Positions 48,633-58,900 of a DNA stretch of 64,000 nt are shown piece by piece. The notes beneath the pieces are model-generated. The model ran no database searches, had not been told where the DNA came from, and saw only the letters and a program-made list of their open reading frames with translations. The stretch is from NCBI GenBank assembly GCA_040755995.1, contig JBFMAF010000020.1:64001-128000 (forward strand). The letters run 5' to 3'. Source of the stretch: Acidobacteriota bacterium. GTDB lineage: Bacteria; Acidobacteriota; CAIWXX01. Positions within the stretch are counted from its first letter, which is position 1, and each line of letters starts with the position of its first letter. Position numbers and translations under genes: made by a program.

Positions 48633-49839
48633 ATTGAGCTCGGCCGCGCTGTTGGTCTTGTGTCTCGCCTTCTCCGCCGGGCTGATCCGCCTGTTGAGCT
48701 TGCGCTTTTCCACAGGCGACGTCTACCCGGCATATTCATCCCTTCGCGCGGATCCGCTAGGTACGAAGGCTCTGTACGAGGCCATCGGCATGATCGAGGG
48801 ATGTTCGGTGCAGAGGAACTATGGCCCGGCCGACGACATCCCGTCCGGGAAAGGCCGGACGCTGGTCGTCGCAGGCCTGCACGCGTTCGAGCTGAAGGCT
48901 GCAGCCGGAGGTGACATCAGCGATCTCGCGGATTGGACCAATCGAGGCGGCAGACTGATCATCGCTCTGTATCCCGCAACCTACAGGCCGGAAGAGGAGA
49001 AGGAGGAGAGCAGCGAGAAGAAGCCCGAGAAGCGCTCAGCCCCTCGCGATGGATGCTCGACCGGTTCGCCGGCTCGTGGCATCGAGAGGCTGTGGGGCTT
49101 CGAACTGGAGCCCATCCCGCCAACCGCGGGCTCTCAGCACGACAGGAAGGAGGCGTTGGCGACGAGGACCGTCGAAGTCGCTATGCTGCCCCCGAGCGTC
49201 CCGTGGCACAGCGCACTGGCTTTCCGGACGGTCAAGCCGGGCTGGAGGCCGATTCTCGTGATGAACGGCTCCTTGCCCGTCGTCGTCGAGCGCGCTTTCG
49301 GGCAAGGAACCGTCGTGCTCTGCTCGGATTCGTACCTCCTGAGCAACGAGGCGATGAAGAAGGATCGGCAGCCTGCGTTCCTGACCTGGTTGATTGGATC
49401 GAGCTCGACGGTCATCTTCGACGAAACGCATCTCGGCGTATCTGACCCGATAGGGGTAGTGTCTCTGATCCGCGGATATGGCCTGGACGGCCTGCTGCTG
49501 GGCCTTGCCGCACTCGCGCTCCTCTTCGTCTGGAAGAACGCCGTGAGCTTCCTCCCGCCACTGGGGTCCACTGGAGGCGAAAGATCCGGCGTGCAAGGCA
49601 GGGACTCGACGGCGGCCTTCGTGAGCCTGCTCCGCAGAAACCTGCGCGACAAGGATGTCTTGCGCGTGTGCCTCGACGAGTGGAAGCGCACTGCCGGCAG
49701 CGCGCGCCGCATGACGCCCGAACAGATCGCCCAGATGGCTGCCGTGGTGGAACGGAGCTCCAAGTCGAAGGGGGCTCACAGTGACATCGCAGCAGCGTAT
49801 CGAGATCTATGCGACATCGTACGCAGATCGCAGACCTAG
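48625..49839 (+). CDS. DUF4350-like membrane-anchored protein
   Basis: YSS..DPLGTKALY, GGRLII, GQGTVVL, SNE, VIFDETH. Confidence 0.8.
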   Translation: MRRLSSAALLVLCLAFSAGLIRLLSLRFSTGDVYPAYSSLRADPLGTKALYEAIGMIEGCSVQRNYGPADDIPSGKGRTLVVAGLHAFELKAAAGGDISDLADWTNRGGRLIIALYPATYRPEEEKEESSEKKPEKRSAPRDGCSTGSPARGIERLWGFELEPIPPTAGSQHDRKEALATRTVEVAMLPPSVPWHSALAFRTVKPGWRPILVMNGSLPVVVERAFGQGTVVLCSDSYLLSNEAMKKDRQPAFLTWLIGSSSTVIFDETHLGVSDPIGVVSLIRGYGLDGLLLGLAALALLFVWKNAVSFLPPLGSTGGERSGVQGRDSTAAFVSLLRRNLRDKDVLRVCLDEWKRTAGSARRMTPEQIAQMAAVVERSSKSKGAHSDIAAAYRDLCDIVRRSQT

Positions 49840-49854
49840 AAAGGTTGATCCGGA

Positions 49855-50820
49855 ATGAGCCAGGAACTTGACTATCTCAAGGACGTGCTGAAGCGGGCGA
49901 AGGATGAGGTTTCGAAGGTCATCATCGGCCAATCGGAGGTGATCGACCATTCGCTCGTGGTCATCTTCACGGGGCACCATGCCATTATCGAAGGTGTTCC
50001 CGGTGTCGCCAAGACGCTTCTCGTCAGAACTCTCGCGCAGATCATCAAGTGCGATTTCGCCCGCATACAGTTCACCCCCGACCTGATGCCTGCCGACATC
50101 ACCGGGACCAATGTGTTCAATCTCCAGAGGAACGAATTCGCATTGGTCAAGGGTCCTGTGTTCACGACGTTTCTCCTGGCGGACGAGATCAATCGCGCGC
50201 CGGCCAAGACTCAGTCGGCGCTGCTGCAGGCGATGCAGGAACGGCAGGTCACGATCGATCGCGAGACCTACCCGCTCTCGCCCCTCTTCACCGTGTTCGC
50301 AACGCAGAACCCTATCGAATACGAAGGGACGTACCCGCTGCCGGAGGCCCAGAAGGACCGATTCATGCTCAAGATAATCATGGGGTGCCCCGAGCAGGAT
50401 GAGGAACTGGTACTCGCACGCCGGATGCTCGGGCGCGATTCTCCCGAGGCCACGCTCGCGAGCGGCGCGGTCAAGCCGGTGCTGGGCCCGGAGGAGCTGC
50501 TGAGGCTGCGGCCGGTGTTCGAAGAGGTGACGGTGCGCGAAGAGCAGCTCGCGTATGTCGTCGAGCTTGTCCGGCGGACTCGCAGTCACCAGAGCCTCAT
50601 GGTCGGCGGCGGCCCGCGCGCCACCCAGTCCCTTCTCCTGGCAAGCCGGGCGCACGCAGCGCTGCAGGGGAGGGACTTCGTGACCCCCGACGACATCCGG
50701 TTCATGCTGTTGCCCGTCCTGGATCACCGCCTGATCCTGCGTCCGGAATTCGAGGTCGAAGGGATGACAGTCCGGGAAGCCGTCCAGAACCTGCTCAACG
50801 CAGTGCCGGTGCCGCGCTGA
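49855..50820 (+). CDS. moxR: MoxR-family AAA+ ATPase
   Basis: EGVPGVAKT, RIQFTPDLMPAD, LADEINRAP, ATQNPIEYEGTYPLPEAQ.DRF. Confidence 0.96.
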   Translation: MSQELDYLKDVLKRAKDEVSKVIIGQSEVIDHSLVVIFTGHHAIIEGVPGVAKTLLVRTLAQIIKCDFARIQFTPDLMPADITGTNVFNLQRNEFALVKGPVFTTFLLADEINRAPAKTQSALLQAMQERQVTIDRETYPLSPLFTVFATQNPIEYEGTYPLPEAQKDRFMLKIIMGCPEQDEELVLARRMLGRDSPEATLASGAVKPVLGPEELLRLRPVFEEVTVREEQLAYVVELVRRTRSHQSLMVGGGPRATQSLLLASRAHAALQGRDFVTPDDIRFMLLPVLDHRLILRPEFEVEGMTVREAVQNLLNAVPVPR

Positions 50821-50848
50821 GGCAGCGGGACAGGGAGGCGCAGGGGAA

Positions 50849-52183
50849 ATGAGAATCGTCCCCCGGACCCGGCTGCTCGTTTGGGTGGCCGTCGTTGCAG
50901 TCCCACTCGGCACGATGGTCTCCATCAGCCGGTCCACGGCGTCGATCACTGCGATTCTCCTGGCGTGCTTCGCGATCTTCGTTCTCAGCGACGCGTTCCG
51001 CTCCCTGGCCTCCCTCGATCGCGTCTCAGTGAGACTGCCTGCTGTGATCCGAATGACCAAGGATCGAGATGCTCGGATCCCAGTCGAGATCTCGAACGAA
51101 TCGCGAGGCGACCGCCCGGTCCGGATCGGGATGGCGCTCCCGGCGTCAATACAGACGCCGCTCGACGTGGCCAGCCTCCTGCTGCCTCGAGACCAACCTC
51201 TCTCTCGCGTCGACTGGCCCTGCCGCCCGCAGTCGCGCGGCAGTTTCGCCGTTGAAGGCTGCCACCTAGAGACCTGTTCGCCAGCCGGCTTCTGGTCCGT
51301 GTGCAAGAGGATCGCGTCGGCCTCCGAGATCCGCGTCTATCCGAACCTGTGGGAAGAGCGCAAGGAAGTCGGGTTTCTCTTCCTGAACCGCGGCACGATC
51401 GGCATCCACTCCCAGAGGCAGCTGGGCAAGGGCCGTGATTTCGAGAAGCTGCGTGACTACATACCAGGCGATCCTTCCGACGAGATCCATTGGAAGGCGA
51501 GTGCCAAGCGAGGGCGCCCTGTCACCAAGGTCTTCCAGGTCGAGAGGACTCAGGAGGTATACGTCGTCATAGACAGCTCGCGCCTGACGGCGCGGCGCTC
51601 GGGCGGAGCCTCCTCGCTCCCGGTGATCGAGCGGTTCCTGACGGCCGCGCTGGCGATGGCATTGGCCGCGCAGCGGCAAGGGGATCTCTTCGGGCTGCTC
51701 GCCTTCAGCGACCGCGTCGACAGGTTCGTGCGCGCACGAAGCGGGAAGGGGCATTTCCAGAGCTGCCGCGAAGCACTGTATACTCTGCGCACTCGCCCCG
51801 TCAGCCCTGATTTCGCGGAGATCATGACGTTTCTTCGCAACCGGCTCAGACGCCGGGCTCTGGTCATCTTCCTCACTGCACTTGATGATCCGCTGCTGGC
51901 TGAAACCTTCGTGCGGCAGGCCGACCTCATACGCAACGCGCATCTCGTGCTTGTGAGCATGGTACATCCGGCGAACGCAGTACCTCTGTTCTCCACCGCA
52001 GGCGTAGACTCTGTCTCGGATCTTCATGAACGGCTCGCATCGCACTATGCCTGGCACAAGCTCAAGGAGCTGGAGTTGACTCTGAGGCGGCGAGGGGTCT
52101 CGTTCATGCTCCTGGACCACGAGAAGATGTGCGCGCAATTGGTTTCGCAGTATCTCAACGTGAAGAAGCGCCAGTCGATCTAG
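50849..52183 (+). CDS. DUF58 (vWA-like) protein
   Basis: VYP, FEKLRDYIPGD...IHWKASA, IDSSR, IFLT. Confidence 0.92.
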   Translation: MRIVPRTRLLVWVAVVAVPLGTMVSISRSTASITAILLACFAIFVLSDAFRSLASLDRVSVRLPAVIRMTKDRDARIPVEISNESRGDRPVRIGMALPASIQTPLDVASLLLPRDQPLSRVDWPCRPQSRGSFAVEGCHLETCSPAGFWSVCKRIASASEIRVYPNLWEERKEVGFLFLNRGTIGIHSQRQLGKGRDFEKLRDYIPGDPSDEIHWKASAKRGRPVTKVFQVERTQEVYVVIDSSRLTARRSGGASSLPVIERFLTAALAMALAAQRQGDLFGLLAFSDRVDRFVRARSGKGHFQSCREALYTLRTRPVSPDFAEIMTFLRNRLRRRALVIFLTALDDPLLAETFVRQADLIRNAHLVLVSMVHPANAVPLFSTAGVDSVSDLHERLASHYAWHKLKELELTLRRRGVSFMLLDHEKMCAQLVSQYLNVKKRQSI

Positions 52184-52184
52184 C

Positions 52185-53186
52185 ATGATCATCGACGTAG
52201 CGAAGTTCGTATCGGCGGAAAGGCTGTACTGGGTCAGGCTCGAGGGGCTCCTGGACAGGATCGAGAGCGATCCCGAGTCGCGCCTCGACATGGCTGGCAT
52301 CAAGGAGCTGCACTACCTGTACGAGCGCACTTCGGCCGATCTGGCCAGAGTATCCACATTCGCCTCGGAACGAGAGATTCGTGTGTATCTCGAGTCGCTC
52401 GTGGCGCGTGCTTACGCAGAGATGCAGGAGACGGGGCGAAGGGAATCCCGGATGCGACCCATCTCGTGGTTCTTCACTGCTGTCCCGCAAACGTTCAGGC
52501 GGCGCATCACCGCCTTCTGGCTCGCCGTTGCGGCTACCACTGCGGGCGCAACGCTGGGGATTCTCGTCACAGTGCTCGACCCGGCTTCGAAGGGCGCGCT
52601 CATCCCGTTCGAACACCTTCGCATCAGCCCGCAGGAACGTGTTGCTGAGGAGGAAACCGGTGATGAGGACCGGCTTGCCGGCCACAAGGCGTCCTTTGCC
52701 ACAGCCTTGATGACGCACAACGCCAGAGTAGCCGTCCTGACGCTGGCTCTCGGCGTCACGTGGGGTCTCGGCACCATCGTGGTGCTCTTCTACAACGGAG
52801 CCGTTCTCGGTGCAGTGGGAATGGACTACATCATGGGAGGCCAGAGAGAATTCCTGCTGGGTTGGCTGCTGCCACATGGCGTAGTGGAGATCCCGGCGGT
52901 GCTGATCGCGGGGCAGGCAGGGTTCGTACTGGCGCGAGCACTTGTGGGCTACGGCGATCGTACTCCAATCAGAGCGAGGCTGCGCCTGGCCGCGCCGGAC
53001 ATCGTCACGCTGATCATCACCGTTGCGGTCCTTCTCGTGTGGGCGGGTTTCGTCGAGGCGTACGTTTCGCAGCACCACCAGCCCGCTCTGCCGTACGCGC
53101 TCAAGATCGGCTTCGGCCTGGTCGAGCTTGCAGTGCTGGTCTCCTTTCTTGCGTTCGCCGGCCGGCGCTCAGGAGAGGCTGCATAG
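52185..53186 (+). CDS. SpoIIM/DUF95-family membrane protein
   Basis: LY...SADLA, HN..V, FYNG..LG, LPHGVVEIPA, AGFVE. Confidence 0.9.
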   Translation: MIIDVAKFVSAERLYWVRLEGLLDRIESDPESRLDMAGIKELHYLYERTSADLARVSTFASEREIRVYLESLVARAYAEMQETGRRESRMRPISWFFTAVPQTFRRRITAFWLAVAATTAGATLGILVTVLDPASKGALIPFEHLRISPQERVAEEETGDEDRLAGHKASFATALMTHNARVAVLTLALGVTWGLGTIVVLFYNGAVLGAVGMDYIMGGQREFLLGWLLPHGVVEIPAVLIAGQAGFVLARALVGYGDRTPIRARLRLAAPDIVTLIITVAVLLVWAGFVEAYVSQHHQPALPYALKIGFGLVELAVLVSFLAFAGRRSGEAA

Positions 53187-53198
53187 CAGGAGCCGTCG

Positions 53199-54002
53199 AT
53201 GCCTGGAGGAAAGACTCTCACGATCACGACCCCGGAAGGCATCAGCTTCTCCATGCCGCTGGCCGGGCCGATCTCGCGTTTTCTCGCCTGGTGCATAGAC
53301 TGCGCATGCGTCGTGCTCCTGGGAACCGCGGTTGGGGTTCTGGTCTCGCTGCTGTCGATTGTGAGCGGCGACGTTGCGCAAGCTCTTGGAGTGATCGGCT
53401 ACTTCGTGCTCTCGATCGGATATCGCATCTTCCTGGAGTGGAAATGGCGCGGACGCACTCTGGGCAAACGCCTGTTGCGCCTGCGAGTGATCGATGTGCA
53501 GGGCATGCCTCTGCAGCTCAACCAGGTGATCATCCGAAATCTCCTCCGTGCAGTCGACTCGCTGCCTCTGTTCTACGTGGTCGGCGGCGTGGCGTGCCTC
53601 CTGAGCGCCCGATCTCAGCGGCTGGGAGACCTGGCGGCGAATTCAGCCGTGATCCGCCAGCCTCGCGCCCGCGAACCGGATCTGCGCCAGGTGTTGCCGG
53701 GCAAGTTCAATTCGCTGCGGGATTACCCGCACCTCTGCGCGCGGCTGCGCCACCGCGCGACGCCGCAGGAAGCCGGCCTGGCGCTGCGCGCTCTGCTTCG
53801 CCGGGAAACGCTCGACCCTGAGGCCCGCATCGAGCTCTTCGCCGGCCTCGCAACGCACTTCCGCGCGCTGGTGCAATTCCCCGCCGAGACGACCGAAGGC
53901 GTCACCGACGAACAGTATCTCCGCAACATCGTCGACGTGCTTTGTCGAGGCTCCGAGGCTCGTGAAGATCGACCGGACGGTCCCGATGGGATTGTGGCTT
54001 GA
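53199..54002 (+). CDS. RDD-family membrane protein
   Basis: TPEGI...LAG..SRFLA..ID, GRTLGK..LRLRV, IRNLLR.VD, QRLGDLAA. Confidence 0.92.
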   Translation: MPGGKTLTITTPEGISFSMPLAGPISRFLAWCIDCACVVLLGTAVGVLVSLLSIVSGDVAQALGVIGYFVLSIGYRIFLEWKWRGRTLGKRLLRLRVIDVQGMPLQLNQVIIRNLLRAVDSLPLFYVVGGVACLLSARSQRLGDLAANSAVIRQPRAREPDLRQVLPGKFNSLRDYPHLCARLRHRATPQEAGLALRALLRRETLDPEARIELFAGLATHFRALVQFPAETTEGVTDEQYLRNIVDVLCRGSEAREDRPDGPDGIVA

Positions 54003-54019
54003 TGGCCGAGGCGCGGTCC

Positions 54020-54038
54020 TGTACAATGTTCCTGTACA
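54020..54038 (+). promoter_or_regulatory. yefM-yoeB operator (paired TGTACA palindromes) overlapping the -10
   Basis: TGTACA at 54020 and 54033; TACAAT at 54022-54027; TGTACA is the known YefM/Axe operator core. Confidence 0.75.
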
Positions 54039-54059
54039 TATGAACTATGGGGAGATGCC

Positions 54060-54338
54060 ATGAGCACGGAAACGACGTACACTCAAGCACGGGCCGCCTT
54101 CGCATCGCTGTGCGACCAGGCCGCATCGTCCAGAGAACCGGTCATCATCCATCGGCGAGGCGCGGATGATGTGGCGCTCATTTCCGCTGATGAGCTTCGC
54201 GGCATTCTCGAGACCGCCCACTTGCTCCGGTCGCCCCGCAATGCCGCGCGGTTGCTCAGAGCGTTGTCACGGGCGCGAGGGAGGCGCGGACGGCCCCAGT
54301 CTGTGGAGTCTCTGCGGCGTGAATTCGGCCTGGACTGA
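54060..54338 (+). CDS. yefM: YefM/Phd antitoxin
   Basis: TYTQAR, EPVII.R, ETAHLLRSP.NA.RL. Confidence 0.93.
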   Translation: MSTETTYTQARAAFASLCDQAASSREPVIIHRRGADDVALISADELRGILETAHLLRSPRNAARLLRALSRARGRRGRPQSVESLRREFGLD

Positions 54339-54341
54339 GCC

Positions 54342-54614
54342 ATGCCGGCGTCCCACCGGCGGAGTGCCGTTTTTGAGCCCGAGTTCCGCGAGGATCTGAG
54401 GTTCTGGGTCGAGACCGACCGCAGGGCTGCCCTCCGAGTGCTCAGCCTGGTCGAGTCTGCCTTGCGGGATCCATTCGCTGGAATTGGCAAGCCTGGAGCG
54501 CTCAGGTACTTGGGCCCGGGTGTGTGGTCACGCCGGCTGACCGAAGAGCACAGAGTGGTCTACCTGGTGGAGAGCGATCGAATCAAGTTCCTTCAAGCGC
54601 GTTATCACTACTGA
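54342..54614 (+). CDS. yoeB: YoeB/Txe mRNA interferase toxin
   Basis: DPF.GIGKP, WSRRLTEEHRVVY, terminal RYHY. Confidence 0.93.
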   Translation: MPASHRRSAVFEPEFREDLRFWVETDRRAALRVLSLVESALRDPFAGIGKPGALRYLGPGVWSRRLTEEHRVVYLVESDRIKFLQARYHY

Positions 54615-54707
54615 CCAGCGCTCCTCACGCGGGATGGATTGCGGCCGCCATCCTGCGCGGGCAAGAAGTCTTCAGGGGCATCGACGCAACGGGAAAGGCG
54701 GAATCTG

Positions 54708-55772
54708 TCACGCCCGCCCGTAATGCATTGTGAACAGGTCCAGGTAGTCCTCGGCAAGGGTTGTTATGTCGCACAGGCATGTGAATTCAGGGCCGAGTCC
54801 GTGGCGGAACAGGTCATGCCACTGCCAGCGCAGGGCGTGATAATCGGTACGCTTGCCGCGGGGCAGCGACAGCATGCTGACCGCCTCCGCCATCAGAAAA
54901 TTGTCGACCGCTGCGATGGCGAGCTCCACGGGCGCATCGTGGCTGAAGACCCAGTCGATCACCCGGCCGTAGAGCTGGTAGACCGAGAGGGCCAACTCGG
55001 GTGTATCAAGCTCGGGCAAGTCATTGTTGCTGTCCAGCTCGAACAGGACGAAGTGGTCAACCCAGGGAGAGAGCTTGCGAAGGTTGAAGAGCTTGGTCTC
55101 GTACGGCACGTGGTGAAAGGCGAACGAGCTGACCGCCAGGTCATAGCGCTCGTTCAACTCCAGGCTGAACTCCTGGACAGAGCTCTTGACGCCGCGGATG
55201 GCGGACGGCGGAAACACCTCCCCCACTGTCCGCACGGCAAGCTCGACCATTGCCGGCGAGGGATCGACGAGGAGGATCTGGCCGATCTCCGAAGCCTTGC
55301 CGATCTGCTGCAGCCTCTGTACCAGGTCTGCCGTGAGCGCGCCGTTCCCGCAGCCTATGTCCATGATCCGTACCCCGGCAGGGAACCTTGGCAGCGAGTC
55401 GCACGCCTGCCGCACAAACTCCTCACGGCTCCTCTTCAGCACAGGAACGCTTGCGAAATGCATGAACGGCCGCGGGTCGACAAAGGGCTGCTCCGGCATG
55501 AGGAATCTGCCCTTCTGACGCTCCAGGAAGCTGTTTACGAATCCGTTGAAGAAAAGCCCCTCTTCCTCTTCGACCACGCCTTCTTGAAACCATTTCCTCC
55601 CGAGCGCCGTGAGCCCGTGCGACATGAGCAAGCCGCCGGCGTAACACCGGAAGCAAGGTATCAGCTTCTCCCGTATCCTTCCCCGCAGGGGAAAAGGGGT
55701 CATTTGCCTGGCCACAACCTCCCTGCCGATCTCCCTCCAACATGCGCTCTCACTGCGTGTAAGAAAAAGCAT
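54708..55772 (-). CDS. Class I SAM-dependent methyltransferase with N-terminal extension
   Basis: IMDIGCGNG, VDPSPAM, YDLAVSSFAFHH; AAGGAG RBS. Confidence 0.85.
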   Translation of the reverse strand: MLFLTRSESACWREIGREVVARQMTPFPLRGRIREKLIPCFRCYAGGLLMSHGLTALGRKWFQEGVVEEEEGLFFNGFVNSFLERQKGRFLMPEQPFVDPRPFMHFASVPVLKRSREEFVRQACDSLPRFPAGVRIMDIGCGNGALTADLVQRLQQIGKASEIGQILLVDPSPAMVELAVRTVGEVFPPSAIRGVKSSVQEFSLELNERYDLAVSSFAFHHVPYETKLFNLRKLSPWVDHFVLFELDSNNDLPELDTPELALSVYQLYGRVIDWVFSHDAPVELAIAAVDNFLMAEAVSMLSLPRGKRTDYHALRWQWHDLFRHGLGPEFTCLCDITTLAEDYLDLFTMHYGRA

Positions 55773-55854
55773 TGGTTCACTCCTTCAGAAATCCAGCTTG
55801 AACGAAGGGCTGCACAGGCCGGCTCTGCCAACGTGTGTTCGGCATGTTCTTGTG

Positions 55855-55940
55855 CCGCCCCTCCGGGGCTGCCTCATCCTCCATCCATGTTAACCCATGG
55901 CTGACGCCCTGGGCTACCGTTTTTTCGCCCCTTCGGGGCT
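55855..55940. repeat. REP/MITE-like triple-hairpin element
   Basis: GCCCC-TCC-GGGGC, CCCATGGC-TGAC-GCCCTGGG and GCCCC-TTC-GGGGC in one intergenic stretch. Confidence 0.7.
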
Positions 55941-55981
55941 TCGGCCATGGTTCGCTTGAGGGGAAGCCCGTCTCCGCAACT

Positions 55982-58900
55982 CTAGAACGCCTGGCCGAGC
56001 GTGAAGTACCAGCGGCCGCGCAGGCCTGTGGAGCCTTCCCCGATGGGGTGGCCGTAGTCCAGCCGGAACAGCCCGAACGGCGTGCGATAGCGAAGGCCGA
56101 GGCCGGTGCTCAGGCGCGAGATCGTCTGCGCCCTGTCGTCGAGAGTCGATCTGAGCCGCCCGTAGTCCAGAAACGCCGCCCCTCTGAGCGACCTCCACAG
56201 CGGCACTCTGAGCTCCTCGTTCAGAATCAGCAGGCCGCTGCGGCCTCCGAGCAGATCGACGACGTCGCGGATGTCGAGCCAGTCGTCGGGGTACCCTCGT
56301 ACCGTGTTCGCCCCGCCGGTCGGGAGCCGGTCGGTGGCCAAGAGCGCCTCGCCCGCGCCAGCAGAGTTCTCGTATCTCGCAGCGAGCGCCAGCACAGTCT
56401 TGCGATAGAGCGGCAAATAGGCGAACTGCTGGATCAGGATTTTTTGGAGATCCACCTGGGAGCCGATCGCAGGCGCCGCATATTCTACGCCTGTAGAATG
56501 GAACCAACCTCGCATCGGATCCATGAAGTCATCGCGCCGGTCGAGCGCGAGGGTAGCCGTGATCCGCGCCAGCCTTGCATCGAAATCGAACCTGCGCCCT
56601 TCGATCGGCTGCGCGCTCTGCAGGTCCAGCCACTGAATTTCGTACGCGTATGCGACCTCGGCAAGCGATCCGATCCGCGCCCGCTGTTCGAACGTCAACC
56701 CCGTCTCGGTGTCCAAGAACTCCTTGGCGTCGTACCAGATGTGCTCGCGCGAGAGCGTCAGGTAGAGGCTCGAACGAATCGGCAGGCCGAATGCGCGTGG
56801 AATAGAGGCGTAGGCGCGGGCGCTCTCGTACTCCTTGCTGTATCTCAGCGACAGCCCGCCTGCGAAAGGGCGGCCGGCGAGCGCGCGGCGCGTGATATCG
56901 ACAACACCGCCCAGCCCCCTGGCATGCACTACCTCGTCGGCCAGCGGCTGCGGCTGGTCGAGGAGCTGCAGGCCGTACCTGAGCCTCCAGGGCGCCCACT
57001 CTTCCACCAGCAGCCGCAGCCGCACCGGCTCGGCAGCGGCGTCCGGAGTCACGGCCAGCGGCTCTATCTGAAAATCGACCCTGCGGAACGCACCGGTGTC
57101 GACAATCTTCTTCTGCGCGCGCTCCAATTGCGCGGGCGCAACCGGCTTGCCGGTCTCGAGACTGGTCGCCGGAGACACCGCTCGGGGCGAGATGCGACGG
57201 AGCCCGTCGACCACGACCTCTTTCAGTATCTGCTGCCGCCCTTCCTTCACGACAAGATCCACTTCGGCTGCGTCGCCATCCGGCGCGCGACGAACATTCA
57301 CGTCCACATCGACTGCGGCGAAGCCGAGGTTGTGGTAGAGCTGGAGGATGCGGCGGTAGGCGTCGAGGAGGGTCACTATCCGCAGCGGCTGGCCCGGGGA
57401 GAGCCCGGCGGCCTGGCGCACCCGATCCTCCGATATGCTGCGAGTCCCCTGCACGCGGACTACTGAGATCACAAACTGCGGCCCCTCCTTTATGTGCACA
57501 GGCAGCTCTGCCCGTTGCCCGAAGAACCGCGGCGGGCCCACGTCGAACTCCGCCGAGATCATCCCTTCGCTCCTGTACAGCGCAAGCAGCGCATGCGCGA
57601 GCGACGTCGGGTCCGCCCAGGCGTTGCTCTTGACCTCCGGACGGCTGGCAACCTCCACCAGGCGTCTTTCGTCGATCCTCACGTTCCCTTCAAACACGAT
57701 CTTCTTCGAGTCGCTCCGAGGCCCGGGGTCGACCGTTACGTACAGCGTCTTCTTGTCGCCATCCGCGGACTTGACGGCCTTGGCGGATACACGTGCGCGC
57801 ACGAAGCCTCGCGAGCTCAGGTCCACAAGCACGCGGCGCGCCGATTCCTCCTCCAGGAACCGAGATGATTCCGATGTTTGCCAGACCTGGCGTATCTCGC
57901 GGAGCCAGAGCTCCTCGGCCGCGCGCCCCGTGACGACGATCTCGGTTCGTGGACCGCGACGCACGCTGTAGTCCAGCCGCACGAGGTCGCCTTCGTGGGG
58001 CTCGGAACGGAACGGGGGATCGCGCCGCGCGCCCACGCGGCTCTCCAGGAACCCCGCCTTGGCGAGGGCCGCCTGCAGGCGGTCCCTGTCCTCGCGCCAT
58101 TTGTAATAGTCGAAGCGGGCCCCGACGGACAATCGCAGAGCTCGCCGTAGATCGGACGGCAAAGGATCGCCGCTGAAGCTGATGCTCTGGATCCTCTCGG
58201 CGGGGACCTTCCTGGTCAGCGGGCGGTGGGCCGTGGCAGGTCGCCCCGAGCCTCCTCCGAACGACAGGTCGTGGCGGAACTCGATGAAGCGGGTGTCATC
58301 GTCCTGCTTCACCGCTCGCAGCTCCACCTGTCTGAGTGGGGTGTAGTCGATGACCCAGGTCAGCCCACCGGCGTTTTGGAGACTCTGCGAGAAGGTGACA
58401 GTCACATTAGGGCCGACAGCTTTCGACGCGGTGATGCGGGACGTCGGGTTCGTCTCCGAGGCGATGTTCATCGGGTCAAAGGTAGGATCGACGCTGGGGT
58501 CACCTCGTTGGATTCTGAGGCCCGACAGGTTCAGAGCTCGTCCTGCACTTCCCAGAAGCCCCGCCGACAAGATGTCCGCCACCGATCCGCCCTTGGCGAG
58601 GTCCACCGACCCGCCCGCCCCAGTCTTCTGACCCGTGAGAAGCAGCGAGAGGATCTCGTTCTCGGGCAGGTCCGGTTCCGAGACCAGATGCGTCTTCACC
58701 TTCTGCAGATCGCCGGTGAGGCTGACCATGACGAAATACCCGGCGACCTTCGTGGTCGCCGATGCGGTGAGTCTGCTCTCGCTGCTGATTGCACTCGGGA
58801 ATTCCAGAGTCGCGCTCTCGACGAGGTAGGTCGTGCCGCCGAAGTAGACCTCGCTGCCTGGGCTGAGGAACACCCGGCCCTGCATCCCTGGCATCCCGAC

